Shown here: piece by piece, positions 55,882 to 64,000 of the stretch
Layout of the letters: each line of letters starts with the position of its first letter
Numbering within the stretch: position 1 is the first letter of the stretch
NCBI GenBank assembly: GCA_031414955.1
Contig: JANOQV010000105.1
Coordinates: forward strand, 9,090-73,089
DNA: 64,000 nt
From: Pedosphaera sp.
GTDB taxonomy: Bacteria > Verrucomicrobiota > Verrucomicrobiia > Limisphaerales > SIBH01
Direction of reading: 5' to 3'
Made by a program: the position numbers and the translations under genes
The notes under the pieces: model-generated
What the model was told of the DNA's origin: nothing
Seen by the model: the letters and a program-made list of their open reading frames with translations, nothing else
Database searches by the model: none

Positions 55882-55928
55882 TTCCGCTTGCCAGTCCGCG
55901 CGGCGGACAGGAACTTCGCCGTGCTCGC

Positions 55929-57086
55929 ATGAATGTCCGCTTAAACAGCTTCGTTGGAGCACTGCTGCTGGCCGCCGTGGCGCAGGCCAGTCCGCCGGGA
56001 GAATCCTTCTTCACCAACCGCGTCCCGCACGCCTTCGAGATCGAGATCCCCTGGACGAACCTCGTCGCGTTGCGCCGCGAACCGCGCGAGTACGTGCGGG
56101 CTACCGTCCGCTGCGCTGGCCTCAGCTACACCAACGTCGGCGTTCACATCAAGGGCGTGGCCACCTTCCGCCCCATCGACGACAAGCCGTCGCTGACCTT
56201 GAACTTCAGCAAGTTCGCCCCCAAGCAACGCTTTCACGGGCTGAAGAAGGTTCATCTCAACAACGGCAAGGAAGACCCCTCGTTCCTCTGCGAAGCTCTC
56301 AGTGCGGAAATGTTCGCTGCCGGTGGTCTGTCCGTGGCGCGCGTGACGCACGCCAGCGCGAAGTTGAACGGCCGCGACCTCGGGGCCTACGCGGCCATCG
56401 AGGGATTCACCGAGGAATTCCTGGGCCGCTACTTCGAGAAGACCAAGGGCAACCTCTACGACAGCGGTTTCCGCAAGGACATCAACGCCTCGCTGGAGAA
56501 ACTCTCGGGCAAGAAGCCCCACGACTGGGCCGACCTGCAACAGCTCGCCGCCGCCGCGCGCACGCCCGACCTGACGCAGCGTTGGGAGCGCTTGACGCGC
56601 TCGCTCGACACGAACAACTTCGCGCGCTACCTGGCCATGCAGGTGCTCACGGCCAACTGGGACGGCTACGCGATGTACAAAAATAATTACCGCCTCTATC
56701 ACGACCCAGCTTCCGACCGGCTCTTCTTCATGCCCCACGGGATGGATCAGATGTTCGCGCGCCCCACCATGCCGATGGTGCCGGTGTGGCAGGGCTTGGT
56801 GGCGAATGCATTCATGGCAACCTCCGAGGGCCAGGCGCTGTACCAGGAACACGTCGCGATGCTCTACACCAACACTTATCAGACCGAGGTGCTGGTGGGC
56901 CGGGTCGATGAACTCGCGGCCCGCGTGCGTCCGCTGCTCGGGGCCGGCCACGATGTGCCGCCCGAGGAACACGACGCTCTCGTCGCCCTGCTGCGCCGGC
57001 AAATCGTCCAGCGCGGCGCGTTCCTCGGCCAGCAACTCGGCACCACCAACTGGATGACCCCGCGCCGCTGGGTGGCGCGGCCTTGA
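55929..57086 (+). CDS. CotH-family (atypical kinase fold) secreted protein
   Basis: In-frame ATG at 55929 of composite ORF 54990..57086. Signal peptide SFVGALLLAAVAQA. ANWDGYAMYKNNYRLYHDP..DRLFFMPHGMDQMF matches the CotH core pattern. Confidence 0.7.
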   Translation: MNVRLNSFVGALLLAAVAQASPPGESFFTNRVPHAFEIEIPWTNLVALRREPREYVRATVRCAGLSYTNVGVHIKGVATFRPIDDKPSLTLNFSKFAPKQRFHGLKKVHLNNGKEDPSFLCEALSAEMFAAGGLSVARVTHASAKLNGRDLGAYAAIEGFTEEFLGRYFEKTKGNLYDSGFRKDINASLEKLSGKKPHDWADLQQLAAAARTPDLTQRWERLTRSLDTNNFARYLAMQVLTANWDGYAMYKNNYRLYHDPASDRLFFMPHGMDQMFARPTMPMVPVWQGLVANAFMATSEGQALYQEHVAMLYTNTYQTEVLVGRVDELAARVRPLLGAGHDVPPEEHDALVALLRRQIVQRGAFLGQQLGTTNWMTPRRWVARP

Positions 57087-57241
57087 GGTCAGGGTCAGTT
57101 TGGAGGCCACCCGGCCCACGCCCCGCCGGAAGAGAGACGGAAAAGCGAAAGGCCAGGGAGGTGGCGGCGACCTCCGACCGTGTGCCGGGCGGGTTCAACC
57201 CCCAGGGCCGACGCATCTCAATTTGGTGAGATCCCACGGGG

Positions 57242-57394
57242 GAAAACCCAAACCCCAAACACCAGGGAAGCTCCAAACCCCAAGATCCAAGCGGTGGCGG
57301 CTCCGACTGGGCCGATGGCCTGGAGGCTCCGGGGCGCTTTGAGGTTTGGAGCTTGGGGTTTCTCTGGTGCTTGGTGCTTGGGGTTTGGGGTTTC
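57242..57394. repeat. Large imperfect palindrome of CCCAAA/GGGTTT-rich repeats
   Basis: The left arm GAAAACCCAAACCCCAAACACCAGGGAAGCTCCAAACC matches the reverse complement of the right arm ..GGTTTGGAGCTTGGGGTTTCTCTGGTGCTTGGTGCTTGGGGTTTGGGGTTTC, with an indel. Confidence 0.55.
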
Positions 57395-57529
57395 GGAGGC
57401 TCGTGGCGCGCCGATTTAGATGCGTCGGCCCGGGTTCAACCCCGGATGGAAAGGACGCTGCGCGCGACCACACCCCACTTCCAAACCATCCTCCCCGCCG
57501 CGCTCCGGTCCTTTCCAATCCTTTGGTGA

Positions 57530-57991
57530 TTAGGCGGCATCGTCTTCATACCAAAGTGAAAAGTCAGCAAATCGAATCTGCAACTCAATGCCGGATGAGA
57601 ACAGAATACGATGCTCGAAGAGGCCAGCCGAGATGACCTCAATCTCGTCATAGCCTAAATCGCCGTAACCATGCGGCCCACCCAAGCCCTTCTTGGGGTC
57701 GGCAGTGCTGGTGAGCGAGCGAACATCTCGGTAAGTCAGCCGAAACTCACGGCTGCCGGGAGAATACTTGCCTTTGTCTCTGCGCTCACCATCAAGTCGC
57801 AACTCAAGTGTGCCGTCCATGAAATGTAGCCGGCGCAAATGAGAATCGTGCAAACTGACATCCCAATGAAGCCGCTTGAGGTCGGCTGGGAGAGATGCCT
57901 GAACCGACTCCATGTAGCGACAGTATTTGTCGTTTACAGCCATCTGGTTCTTCACTTTGCCTTCCCACCATTTGAGCGTGAAATACTTCAT
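57530..57991 (-). CDS. DUF4085-like hypothetical protein (immunity-protein-like)
   Basis: ATG at 57991 within ORF 57530..58054. MKYFTLKWW N-terminus and DVSLHDSHLRRLHFMDGTLELRLDG resemble DUF4085 proteins (recalled from memory, unverified). More AT-rich than the surroundings. Confidence 0.45.
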   Translation of the reverse strand: MKYFTLKWWEGKVKNQMAVNDKYCRYMESVQASLPADLKRLHWDVSLHDSHLRRLHFMDGTLELRLDGERRDKGKYSPGSREFRLTYRDVRSLTSTADPKKGLGGPHGYGDLGYDEIEVISAGLFEHRILFSSGIELQIRFADFSLWYEDDAA

Positions 57992-58092
57992 GCGCGTAAC
58001 AGGGTGCCGCCTAACATTGTTATTAAGCCGCAGTGCTTGCACGGCATCGTGCAAGGTTGATTTCCACTGGAGCCTTTGTTTTCAATGGTCCG

Positions 58093-58317
58093 ATGCAAGC
58101 CGACTTCCGCATTTCTGTAAAGGATTCTGCGCGCGGTAAAACCCTCAAGGTCCAGCTCGCGCGCGTCCCTTTCAGCCGCCACTTCCTCGTGCGGATGAAC
58201 GGGGCCAAGTGGCCGGGGGATGGGCGGCCGGTCTCGTTGTCCAAGGTCTTTGCCTCCTTGCGTAAGGCGGTGGTGCGGCGGGTGGAAGGTGGGTCGGCCG
58301 AGCCTGGTGCGGACTGA
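58093..58317 (+). CDS. Small hypothetical protein
   Basis: 74 aa from the internal ATG of ORF 58033..58317 (MQADFRISVKDSARGKTLKVQLARVPF..). Weak coding evidence. Confidence 0.3.
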   Translation: MQADFRISVKDSARGKTLKVQLARVPFSRHFLVRMNGAKWPGDGRPVSLSKVFASLRKAVVRRVEGGSAEPGAD

Positions 58318-58446
58318 GTGGGCGAAGGTGGACCTGGCCTGGACCACCGTGGGGCGGTGGCAGGAGGTTCCATTTCTGAGCCACGTTTTCCAAGGACGGG
58401 ACAGGGGCCGCTTTTTTTCCTCGAAAACCCCGTCGGGAGTGGTCGC

Positions 58447-58505
58447 CAGTTGATATTTTGGCGCGGTCAGTTGATAGGGAGCGACGGACAGTTGATATTT
58501 TGGCG
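58447..58505. repeat. Three direct repeats phased at 21 nt
   Basis: CAGTTGATATTTTGGCG at 58447 and 58489, and the variant CAGTTGATAGGGAGCG at 58468. Confidence 0.7.
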
Positions 58506-58650
58506 TCGGCACTCGGTCGGGCGGCGCGGGCGTGTCCTATTTTTGGATCAACTCTGGATCGGGAGGCGTGGCGAGTGGCGGTCGGCGCGGTCCGATGGGG
58601 TGCGGAAGCGCCAATATCGTATGGCGGTGCCTGGCGTGGGGGTGGGCGAT

Positions 58651-58801
58651 TTCCCATTTCAAAGTTCAACTGTTCAAAGTTCAGAGTTCAAAGTTTCCGG
58701 TGCAGGGCAGGGAAAAACTTTGAACTTTGAATTCGAACTCCGAAGCAGCGGCGGCGCAGCCGCCGGGGTAGCCCGGGCCACTTTTTCCCATTTCAGAGTT
58801 C
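58651..58801. repeat. TTCAAAGTTC-type repeats and hairpin upstream of the dehydrogenase gene
   Basis: TTCCCATTTCA(A/G)AGTTC at 58651 and 58785. Hairpin GTTCAAAGTTTCC (58686..58698) with GGAAAAACTTTGAAC (58711..58725). Confidence 0.5.
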
Positions 58802-58819
58802 GGATTCAGAGCAGACACC

Positions 58820-61525
58820 ATGAATCTTCCCGCGCCGGCCTCAGTCCATTTCCGCTTCATGAAATGGAGCAATTGTTTGAGTCGCGCGGCGTCGGTGTGG
58901 GTGCTGTCGCTGTGGGTGCCGTGCTCGCGCGGGGCCGAAGTCCCGCCGGACTACCGCTTCAAGGCGGAGACGCTGGCCACCGGCATGGCGCAGCCGATGG
59001 AACTGGAGTTGGCACCCGACGGGCGCATCTTCTTCAACGAGATCAACGGCAAGCTGCGCCTCTGGAAACCGGGCGCGGGCCTGTTCGAGGCGGGGAAGAT
59101 TCCGGTGTTTACGGCGCAGGAGAATGGGTTCCTCGGCTTCGCACTCGATCCGAAATTCGCGCGCAACGGTCACATCTTCCTCTACTACTCGCCGACCAAT
59201 CACACCGGTCAGCGCCTGAGCCGCTTCGTGATGAAGGGCGACACGCTGGACACGGCGAGCGAGAAGACCGTGCTGCAATTTCCCGAGCAGCGGAAGGATT
59301 GCTGCCATCATGCCGGCTCGGTGGAGTTCGCGCCGGATGGAAATCTGTTCATCTCCACCGGCGACAACACGCATCCCGGCGGTGACTCGGCGGGCTACGC
59401 GCCGATGGACGAGCGGCCCGGCCGCGACGAGTACGACGCGCAAGATGGCCCGGGTAACACGCACGACTTGCGCGGGAAAATTCTCCGCATTCGCGTGACG
59501 GCCGACGGCGGCTACACGATTCCCACTGGCAATCTGTTTCCCAAGGACGGCTCGCAGGGTCGCCCGGAGATTTACGCGATGGGCTGCCGCAATCCGTGGC
59601 GCATGAGCGTGGATGAGAAGACGGGGATCGTCTATTGGGGCGAGGTCGGGCCGGATGCGGGCGGCGACGGCTCGCGGGGGTCGCGCGGTTACGACGAGAT
59701 CAATCAGGCGAAGAAGCCGGGGTTCTTCGGCTGGCCGTTTTTCGTGGGGAGCAACTCCGCTTACGCGCGCTACGACTTTGAAACGAAGAAGGTAGGCGAG
59801 AAGTTTGATCCGGCGCGTCCGCTCAACGAGGGGCGCAACAACACGGGCGCGAGAGTGCTGCCGCCCGCGACCCCCGCGTTCATCTACTGGCCCTACGGCG
59901 CGTCGAAGGATTTCCCCATGCTCGGTGAAGGCGGGCGCACGGCCTGCGCGGGGCCGGTTTTTCACTTCAAATCGAGCTTCAAGAAGACCGGCGGCTTTCC
60001 CGAGCACTTCGACAATTGTCTGCTCTTTTACGATTGGCAGCGGCCGTTCATGAAGTGGGCGCGGCTGGACAAGGATTCCAACCTCAAGGGCATCGAGCCG
60101 TTCACGAGTGCGGTGTCGTTGATGAACGAGCGCACCAGAATCAACGCCGCCGAGCAGCGGGGCGAATACGTCCTTCGTCGCGTGGTCGATTCGCAGTTTG
60201 GTCCCGACGGTTGCCTCTACCTGCTCGACTACGGCGAGACGTGGGGCGCAAACGCCGACGCCAAGCTGGTGAAGATTTCTTATCAGTGGGGCAACCTTGC
60301 TCCTGTCGCCAAAGCCACCGCCACTCCGGGTGCCGGACGCGAACCGCTCATGGTTGCACTTTCCGCCGCTGGCTCGAAGGATCATGAGGGCGACGCCTTG
60401 CGCCATGAGTGGCGCTTGCACCCCGGCGGAAAACTACTGGCCAAGGAAGCGAACGCGCGGGCGATCATCGACCAACCCGGCAATTACGTCCTCGAACTCA
60501 TCGTCACCGACAGCAAGGGCGCGAGGGGCCAGACCAGTCTGCCGTTGACCGTGGGGAACACGCCGCCCCAAGTCGCCTTCAAGGAACCGCACGAGGGCGA
60601 TTTCTTCACGCCGGGCAAACCACTGGGCTACGAAGTCGCCGTGCGCGACGCCGAGGACGGCCGTTCCGAGAATGAAGACGAGTTCATGGACGCGCGCGTT
60701 TACGTCAGCGCGAAGTGGAGCCGCGGCGAGGGCAAGGAACAGACTGATGAACCGGGTCTCGCGCTGATGAAGCAGAGCGATTGCTTCAACTGCCACGCCG
60801 TCGAGTCGAAGATCGTCGGCCCGCCTTTCCTCGACGTGGCGAAGAAGTATCGCGGCCAGCCAGGCGCGTTCGAGGCCAGCGTGCAGCGCGTGCGCCTCGG
60901 CAGCAGCAAGGTCTGGAGCGAGGTGCCGATGCTCCCGCATGAATCGATGAGCGCGGACCAGATTCAACTGATGGTGCGCTGGGTTTACGGCCTGGAGCCG
61001 GGCAAGGCCGGCGCGGGGCTTATCCGCGGCCTGCGCGGCGAATTGAGGGCGCCGAAGGACGATAAGATGCGCACCGCCATTCTCGAAGCCAGCTACACCG
61101 ACGGCGGACGCGCGCCCGCTGGTTCGCTCGCTGGCTCCACGACTGTGAAGCTCCGTCATCGTCGCCTCGAAGCCGAGCGCGCCGACACCATCACCGGCGC
61201 GAAGATTCTCGGCAGCAGCGTCGGGGCGATTGATCACGGCCATTGGCTCCGCTTCGCCGCGTTGAATCTTTCAGACTCAACGAACGCCACGGTGCGGGCC
61301 TCATCCGGCAACGTGGGCGGCGTCATCGAAGTGCGTTCGGGTTCAGCGACCGGCGAACTGCTCGCCAGCTTCGAGGTAAAATCCACCGGCGGCTGGGACA
61401 AATGGGTGGAACTCACTTCTCCGCTCAAGCCGGCGACTCGCGGCGATGTGTTCGTCGTCTTCACCAATCCCGGCAAAGGCGGCTTGATGAACCTCGACTG
61501 GATTCAGTTCAACGCGCAGCCGTAG
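58820..61525 (+). CDS. Multidomain secreted protein: PQQ/sorbosone-dehydrogenase-like beta-propeller, PKD domain, c-type cytochrome domain, CBM6-like domain
   Basis: 901 aa. LAPDGRIFF, HHAGSVEFAPDGNLFISTGDN and GCRNPWR (propeller). PKD-like LIVTDSKGARG. CFNCH plus PMLPH (haem c). C-terminal GGWDKW...NLDWIQFN (CBM6-like). Confidence 0.8.
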   Translation: MNLPAPASVHFRFMKWSNCLSRAASVWVLSLWVPCSRGAEVPPDYRFKAETLATGMAQPMELELAPDGRIFFNEINGKLRLWKPGAGLFEAGKIPVFTAQENGFLGFALDPKFARNGHIFLYYSPTNHTGQRLSRFVMKGDTLDTASEKTVLQFPEQRKDCCHHAGSVEFAPDGNLFISTGDNTHPGGDSAGYAPMDERPGRDEYDAQDGPGNTHDLRGKILRIRVTADGGYTIPTGNLFPKDGSQGRPEIYAMGCRNPWRMSVDEKTGIVYWGEVGPDAGGDGSRGSRGYDEINQAKKPGFFGWPFFVGSNSAYARYDFETKKVGEKFDPARPLNEGRNNTGARVLPPATPAFIYWPYGASKDFPMLGEGGRTACAGPVFHFKSSFKKTGGFPEHFDNCLLFYDWQRPFMKWARLDKDSNLKGIEPFTSAVSLMNERTRINAAEQRGEYVLRRVVDSQFGPDGCLYLLDYGETWGANADAKLVKISYQWGNLAPVAKATATPGAGREPLMVALSAAGSKDHEGDALRHEWRLHPGGKLLAKEANARAIIDQPGNYVLELIVTDSKGARGQTSLPLTVGNTPPQVAFKEPHEGDFFTPGKPLGYEVAVRDAEDGRSENEDEFMDARVYVSAKWSRGEGKEQTDEPGLALMKQSDCFNCHAVESKIVGPPFLDVAKKYRGQPGAFEASVQRVRLGSSKVWSEVPMLPHESMSADQIQLMVRWVYGLEPGKAGAGLIRGLRGELRAPKDDKMRTAILEASYTDGGRAPAGSLAGSTTVKLRHRRLEAERADTITGAKILGSSVGAIDHGHWLRFAALNLSDSTNATVRASSGNVGGVIEVRSGSATGELLASFEVKSTGGWDKWVELTSPLKPATRGDVFVVFTNPGKGGLMNLDWIQFNAQP

Positions 61526-61600
61526 CGGACCAGTCTCTGGGGTTGAACGGACACTGGTCCTTGCTCATGCTCGCGACATGAACCCATTGCGCGCCTGACT

Positions 61601-62356
61601 TTGCTCCCAGCCTTCGCCGTGGGGACTGTGCCCGCAGCCCGACTCGCCGCCGCCGATGCACCCGCGAAGCCAGAGTCAGGTTCCGCGGCTGAAGTGGCGA
61701 AGCAAACGTGGACCTTCACTCCGGATCCGAAACTGCCCGACGTGCTCATCCTCGGAGACTCAATCTCGATCGGCTACACGCTGGAGGTGCGAGCCTTGCT
61801 GGCGGGCCAGGCCAATGTTTTTCGCCCCATCTCGACGGACGGGAAGAGTGCGGAGAATTGCAGTGGTACGACCAAGGGCGTCCAGGCGGTGGACTGCTGG
61901 CTGGGCGACCGCAAATGGGCGGTGATTCATTTCAACTTCGGCCTGCACGACTTGAAGCATGTGGCCAAGCCGGGGGCCGACACTGCCACAAGCAAGACCC
62001 CGGATCCGCGTCAGGCGGACGTGGAGCAGTATCGCAAGAATCTCGAAGCGATTGTTCCCAAGCTGAAGGCCACGGGCGCGCGACCGGTCTTTGCCACCAC
62101 CACGCCCGTTGCGCCGGGCACGGCCAGTCCGCTACGCGAACCCGACGCCCCGCCCCGCTACAACGCCACCGCGCTGGAGGTGATGAAGGAGCACGGCATC
62201 CGGGTGAATGACCTGTTCGCCTTCTGCACACCGCAATTGGAGAAGCTGCAGTTGCCGAAGAATGTCCGCTTCTCTACCTCCGGATCAAAAGCCCTCGCCC
62301 AACAGGTGGCGCAAGTGATCGAGATGGAACTCAAGGCGAAGGCGGCGAACAAATGA
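61601..62356 (+). CDS. SGNH/GDSL hydrolase-family protein
   Basis: LILGDSISIGYT (block I), HFNFGLHD (block III). The TTG start at 61601 is uncertain (see rejected notes). Confidence 0.75.
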   Translation: MLPAFAVGTVPAARLAAADAPAKPESGSAAEVAKQTWTFTPDPKLPDVLILGDSISIGYTLEVRALLAGQANVFRPISTDGKSAENCSGTTKGVQAVDCWLGDRKWAVIHFNFGLHDLKHVAKPGADTATSKTPDPRQADVEQYRKNLEAIVPKLKATGARPVFATTTPVAPGTASPLREPDAPPRYNATALEVMKEHGIRVNDLFAFCTPQLEKLQLPKNVRFSTSGSKALAQQVAQVIEMELKAKAANK

Positions 62357-62387
62357 TCAGCACGCCCGGGAACGAACTTTGCCGACC

Positions 62388-62569
62388 ATGAAAACTCTGG
62401 CGTTGATTCTGAAATCTCTCGTTCTTGTTACGGCGCTGGCGGCGTCACCGGGAATGCTTTCCGCGGCGGACCGGCCAAACGTCGCCATCTTTCTCGCGGA
62501 TGATTCGGGCTGGGGCGATTACAGCATCAACGGCAACAAACAGTTACGCACGCCGAACATCGACTCACT
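62388..62569 (+). pseudogene. N-terminal fragment of a sulfatase gene
   Basis: MKTLALILKSLVLVTALAASPGMLSAADRPNVAIFLADDSGWGDYSINGNKQLRTPNIDSL is a sulfatase signal peptide plus its first conserved blocks. Homology stops at 62569, before the C/S-x-P-x-R active-site motif. Confidence 0.6.
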
Positions 62570-64000
62570 CTATGGATTCTGCCCCACGTTCTCGGCATCA
62601 ATGGACTCCAGGCTGGGCGGCCGCCAGTGCCAGAGATCTTTTTCGCTCAAGCCGAGAACAGTGTCCGCATCCAGGAAGATCGGGGTGAAGCTTTGCAGGC
62701 GGGCCACCTGCCGGTTCGCCTCCAGATCGAAGAGCAGCGCATCGCTCCATTCATTCACGAACAACCGCTTGCCGTCCGGCGAAAACGAGACCCGGAAAAA
62801 ACTGGTGCGGCTCCCACGAAAGCGCGCGATCTCCCGGCGCGTGGCCAGATCCCACACCCGGACGGTGGCGTCCCAGCTCGTCGAGGCCAGCCGCCGGCCG
62901 TCGCTCGAGATGGCCACGCGGTTGATCGGATCATCGTGTCCGGCCAGATCCACCAGGCGGCGGCCGGAGGCAACTTCCCAGACTGAAATTTTTCCGCCGC
63001 GGTGGCTGAAGGCGATCTGCCTGCTGTCGGGTGAGAATTGTCCGGTCACGGCCTCCACCGGAGTTTCTTTCCAGTGATGAGCGAGATATGCCGGCTCCAG
63101 CGACCAGAGGTAAAAAGACCGGTCTTTCGCCACGCCGGCCAGCCAGCGATCGTCGGCTGAGAACACGAGGCTGGACATCTGGTTGGAACCGGGCGGCTTC
63201 AGCAAGGCCGCGCGCGTCGTCCCGTCGGTTTCCCAAAGGCCCAGCCCTTCGCCGCTGTCGATGGCCAGCAGCCGGCCCGCCGGACCGACCGCCACCTTGG
63301 TCACGTTCGTAACGGGCAGGGCCAGTTCCTTCCGCACCCGCCCGGCCCGCGGATCGATCAGCACGCCGGTGCCGTCCGCTCGCAGCGCCGCGAGGGCCGA
63401 GGCGTCGGGCGCGATGCCGCCGTTTCTTTCGGAGACAATTTCCGACGCCAGCTCCAGTCGCATTTTGCCCCGCAACGGAAAATCACTTCCCAGGGGGCGG
63501 GCCAGGATTTGCCCGTCCGGTCGCGCGCTTAAAAGCAGGCCGGCCTTCGGCAGCACCGTGATGGTCAGGTGGGACTCGCTCGACTTGAGCATGGCGACGG
63601 TGCGCCAGGTGCCCTTCTCCCGAACTTCGATCATCTGATCGTAGCTCATGGTGATTAGTTGAGAGTCGTCGGCGGAGAACTTGACCCAGGTGACCTGATC
63701 CAGATGGGCCGCGAAGTTGGTCGTCTGGAGGCCGGTTTCCAGGTTCCAAATTTGCACGCGGTAATCCGTACCCACGCCAAACGCCACCGCTGCCGCGAGC
63801 GTCTTGCCGTCACCGGCGAGCGCCAGGGCCAGCGGATGGCCGGTGAACATGTGGCCGGACTGGAAGACCGTGGTCTTGTCCGTGTCCGCCCGCCACACGG
63901 TGATCTCCCGCTGACCGGAACTCACGGCCAGCGTCGAGCCGTTGCGCGACCAGGCCGTGACCGTCCCGCGCGGCACGGTGTGTTCGCGGAGCAACCGGCG
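62570..64000 (-). CDS. WD40-repeat beta-propeller protein (partial, N-terminus beyond window)
   Basis: Repeated GH...V..VAFSPDG..LAS.S.D.TV.VWD units (for example AGHDDPINRVAISSDGRRLASTSWDATVRVWDL). The frame stays open to position 64000. Confidence 0.8.
   Translation of the reverse strand, partial: RRLLREHTVPRGTVTAWSRNGSTLAVSSGQREITVWRADTDKTTVFQSGHMFTGHPLALALAGDGKTLAAAVAFGVGTDYRVQIWNLETGLQTTNFAAHLDQVTWVKFSADDSQLITMSYDQMIEVREKGTWRTVAMLKSSESHLTITVLPKAGLLLSARPDGQILARPLGSDFPLRGKMRLELASEIVSERNGGIAPDASALAALRADGTGVLIDPRAGRVRKELALPVTNVTKVAVGPAGRLLAIDSGEGLGLWETDGTTRAALLKPPGSNQMSSLVFSADDRWLAGVAKDRSFYLWSLEPAYLAHHWKETPVEAVTGQFSPDSRQIAFSHRGGKISVWEVASGRRLVDLAGHDDPINRVAISSDGRRLASTSWDATVRVWDLATRREIARFRGSRTSFFRVSFSPDGKRLFVNEWSDALLFDLEANRQVARLQSFTPIFLDADTVLGLSEKDLWHWRPPSLESIDAENVGQNP

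Noticed and set aside
54990-55928. N-terminal 313 aa of the 698-aa ORF 54990..57086
   Set aside because: This part overlaps the MFS transporter in another frame and is Arg/Pro/Gly-rich. A clean signal peptide starts at the in-frame ATG at 55929, so only 55929..57086 is called.
57195-57446. GGGTTCAACCCC motifs resembling tRNA T-arms (near 57200 and 57433)
   Set aside because: No 5-bp T-stem closes around a 7-nt loop. No acceptor or anticodon arms can be drawn. The motifs are part of a composite repeat.
58447-58801. Possible CRISPR array
   Set aside because: There are only three 16-17-nt units with 4-5-nt gaps, plus unrelated low-complexity repeats. There is no repeat-spacer architecture and no cas genes in the window.
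61578-61610. Possible frameshift at the start of the SGNH hydrolase gene: ATG at 61578 reads MNPLRA then stops, one frame off the main ORF
   Set aside because: The main frame is open upstream (..EPIARLTLLPAFAVG..) and offers TTG 61601 or CTG 61595 as starts. Without reads or homologues I cannot distinguish a 1-nt error from a non-ATG start.
62571-63077. Continuation of ORF 62379..63077 beyond the sulfatase-like N-terminus
   Set aside because: Downstream of 62570 the frame is the antisense of a clear WD40-repeat gene. It reads as Arg/Ser-rich nonsense and is not a full-length sulfatase.

Overview
GC-rich bacterial chromosomal segment. Almost every real gene has a long Arg/Ala/Gly/His-rich shadow ORF on the opposite strand. 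Gene content suggests the PVC superphylum, probably Verrucomicrobiota; this is inference from family content and the style of the intergenic palindromic repeats (DUF1552, DUF1080, ThuA-like, haem-binding multidomain dehydrogenase, LLPALARAK pseudopilin-like protein). All family calls come from reading motifs by eye, with no searches run. Housekeeping genes: yajC-secDF, cysE, lpxK-waaF, an RRM RNA-binding protein, an ABC-F ATPase, rpsJ-rplC-rplD-rplW, lepB, parB, def and proB-mazG. There is also a complete sulfate-uptake locus: divergent Rrf2 regulator, yezD, OprO/P-type porin, sbp, a frameshifted M14-like peptidase, then cysTWA. Accessory content includes secreted Ig-domain proteins with a matrixin protease, a CotH-like protein, an MFS transporter with an EF-hand pair in an external loop, a truncated sulfatase abutting a WD40 gene, and an AT-richer islet with an immunity-like ORF. 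Two loci stand out. (1) 41784..47025 is a same-strand cluster. Its first two translationally coupled genes look like a MotA/TolQ/ExbB-type channel protein and an ExbD/TolR-type partner that carries a long coiled coil and a degenerate protease-like head. They are followed by a BamE-like lipoprotein, a small membrane protein, a TolA/TonB-like coiled-coil protein and an untracked mini-lipoprotein. (2) Directly divergent from it, 39513..41717 is a compositionally mosaic three-gene methyltransferase / unknown 268-aa / minimal PD-(D/E)XK nuclease island. No rRNA, tRNA or CRISPR array was recognised.
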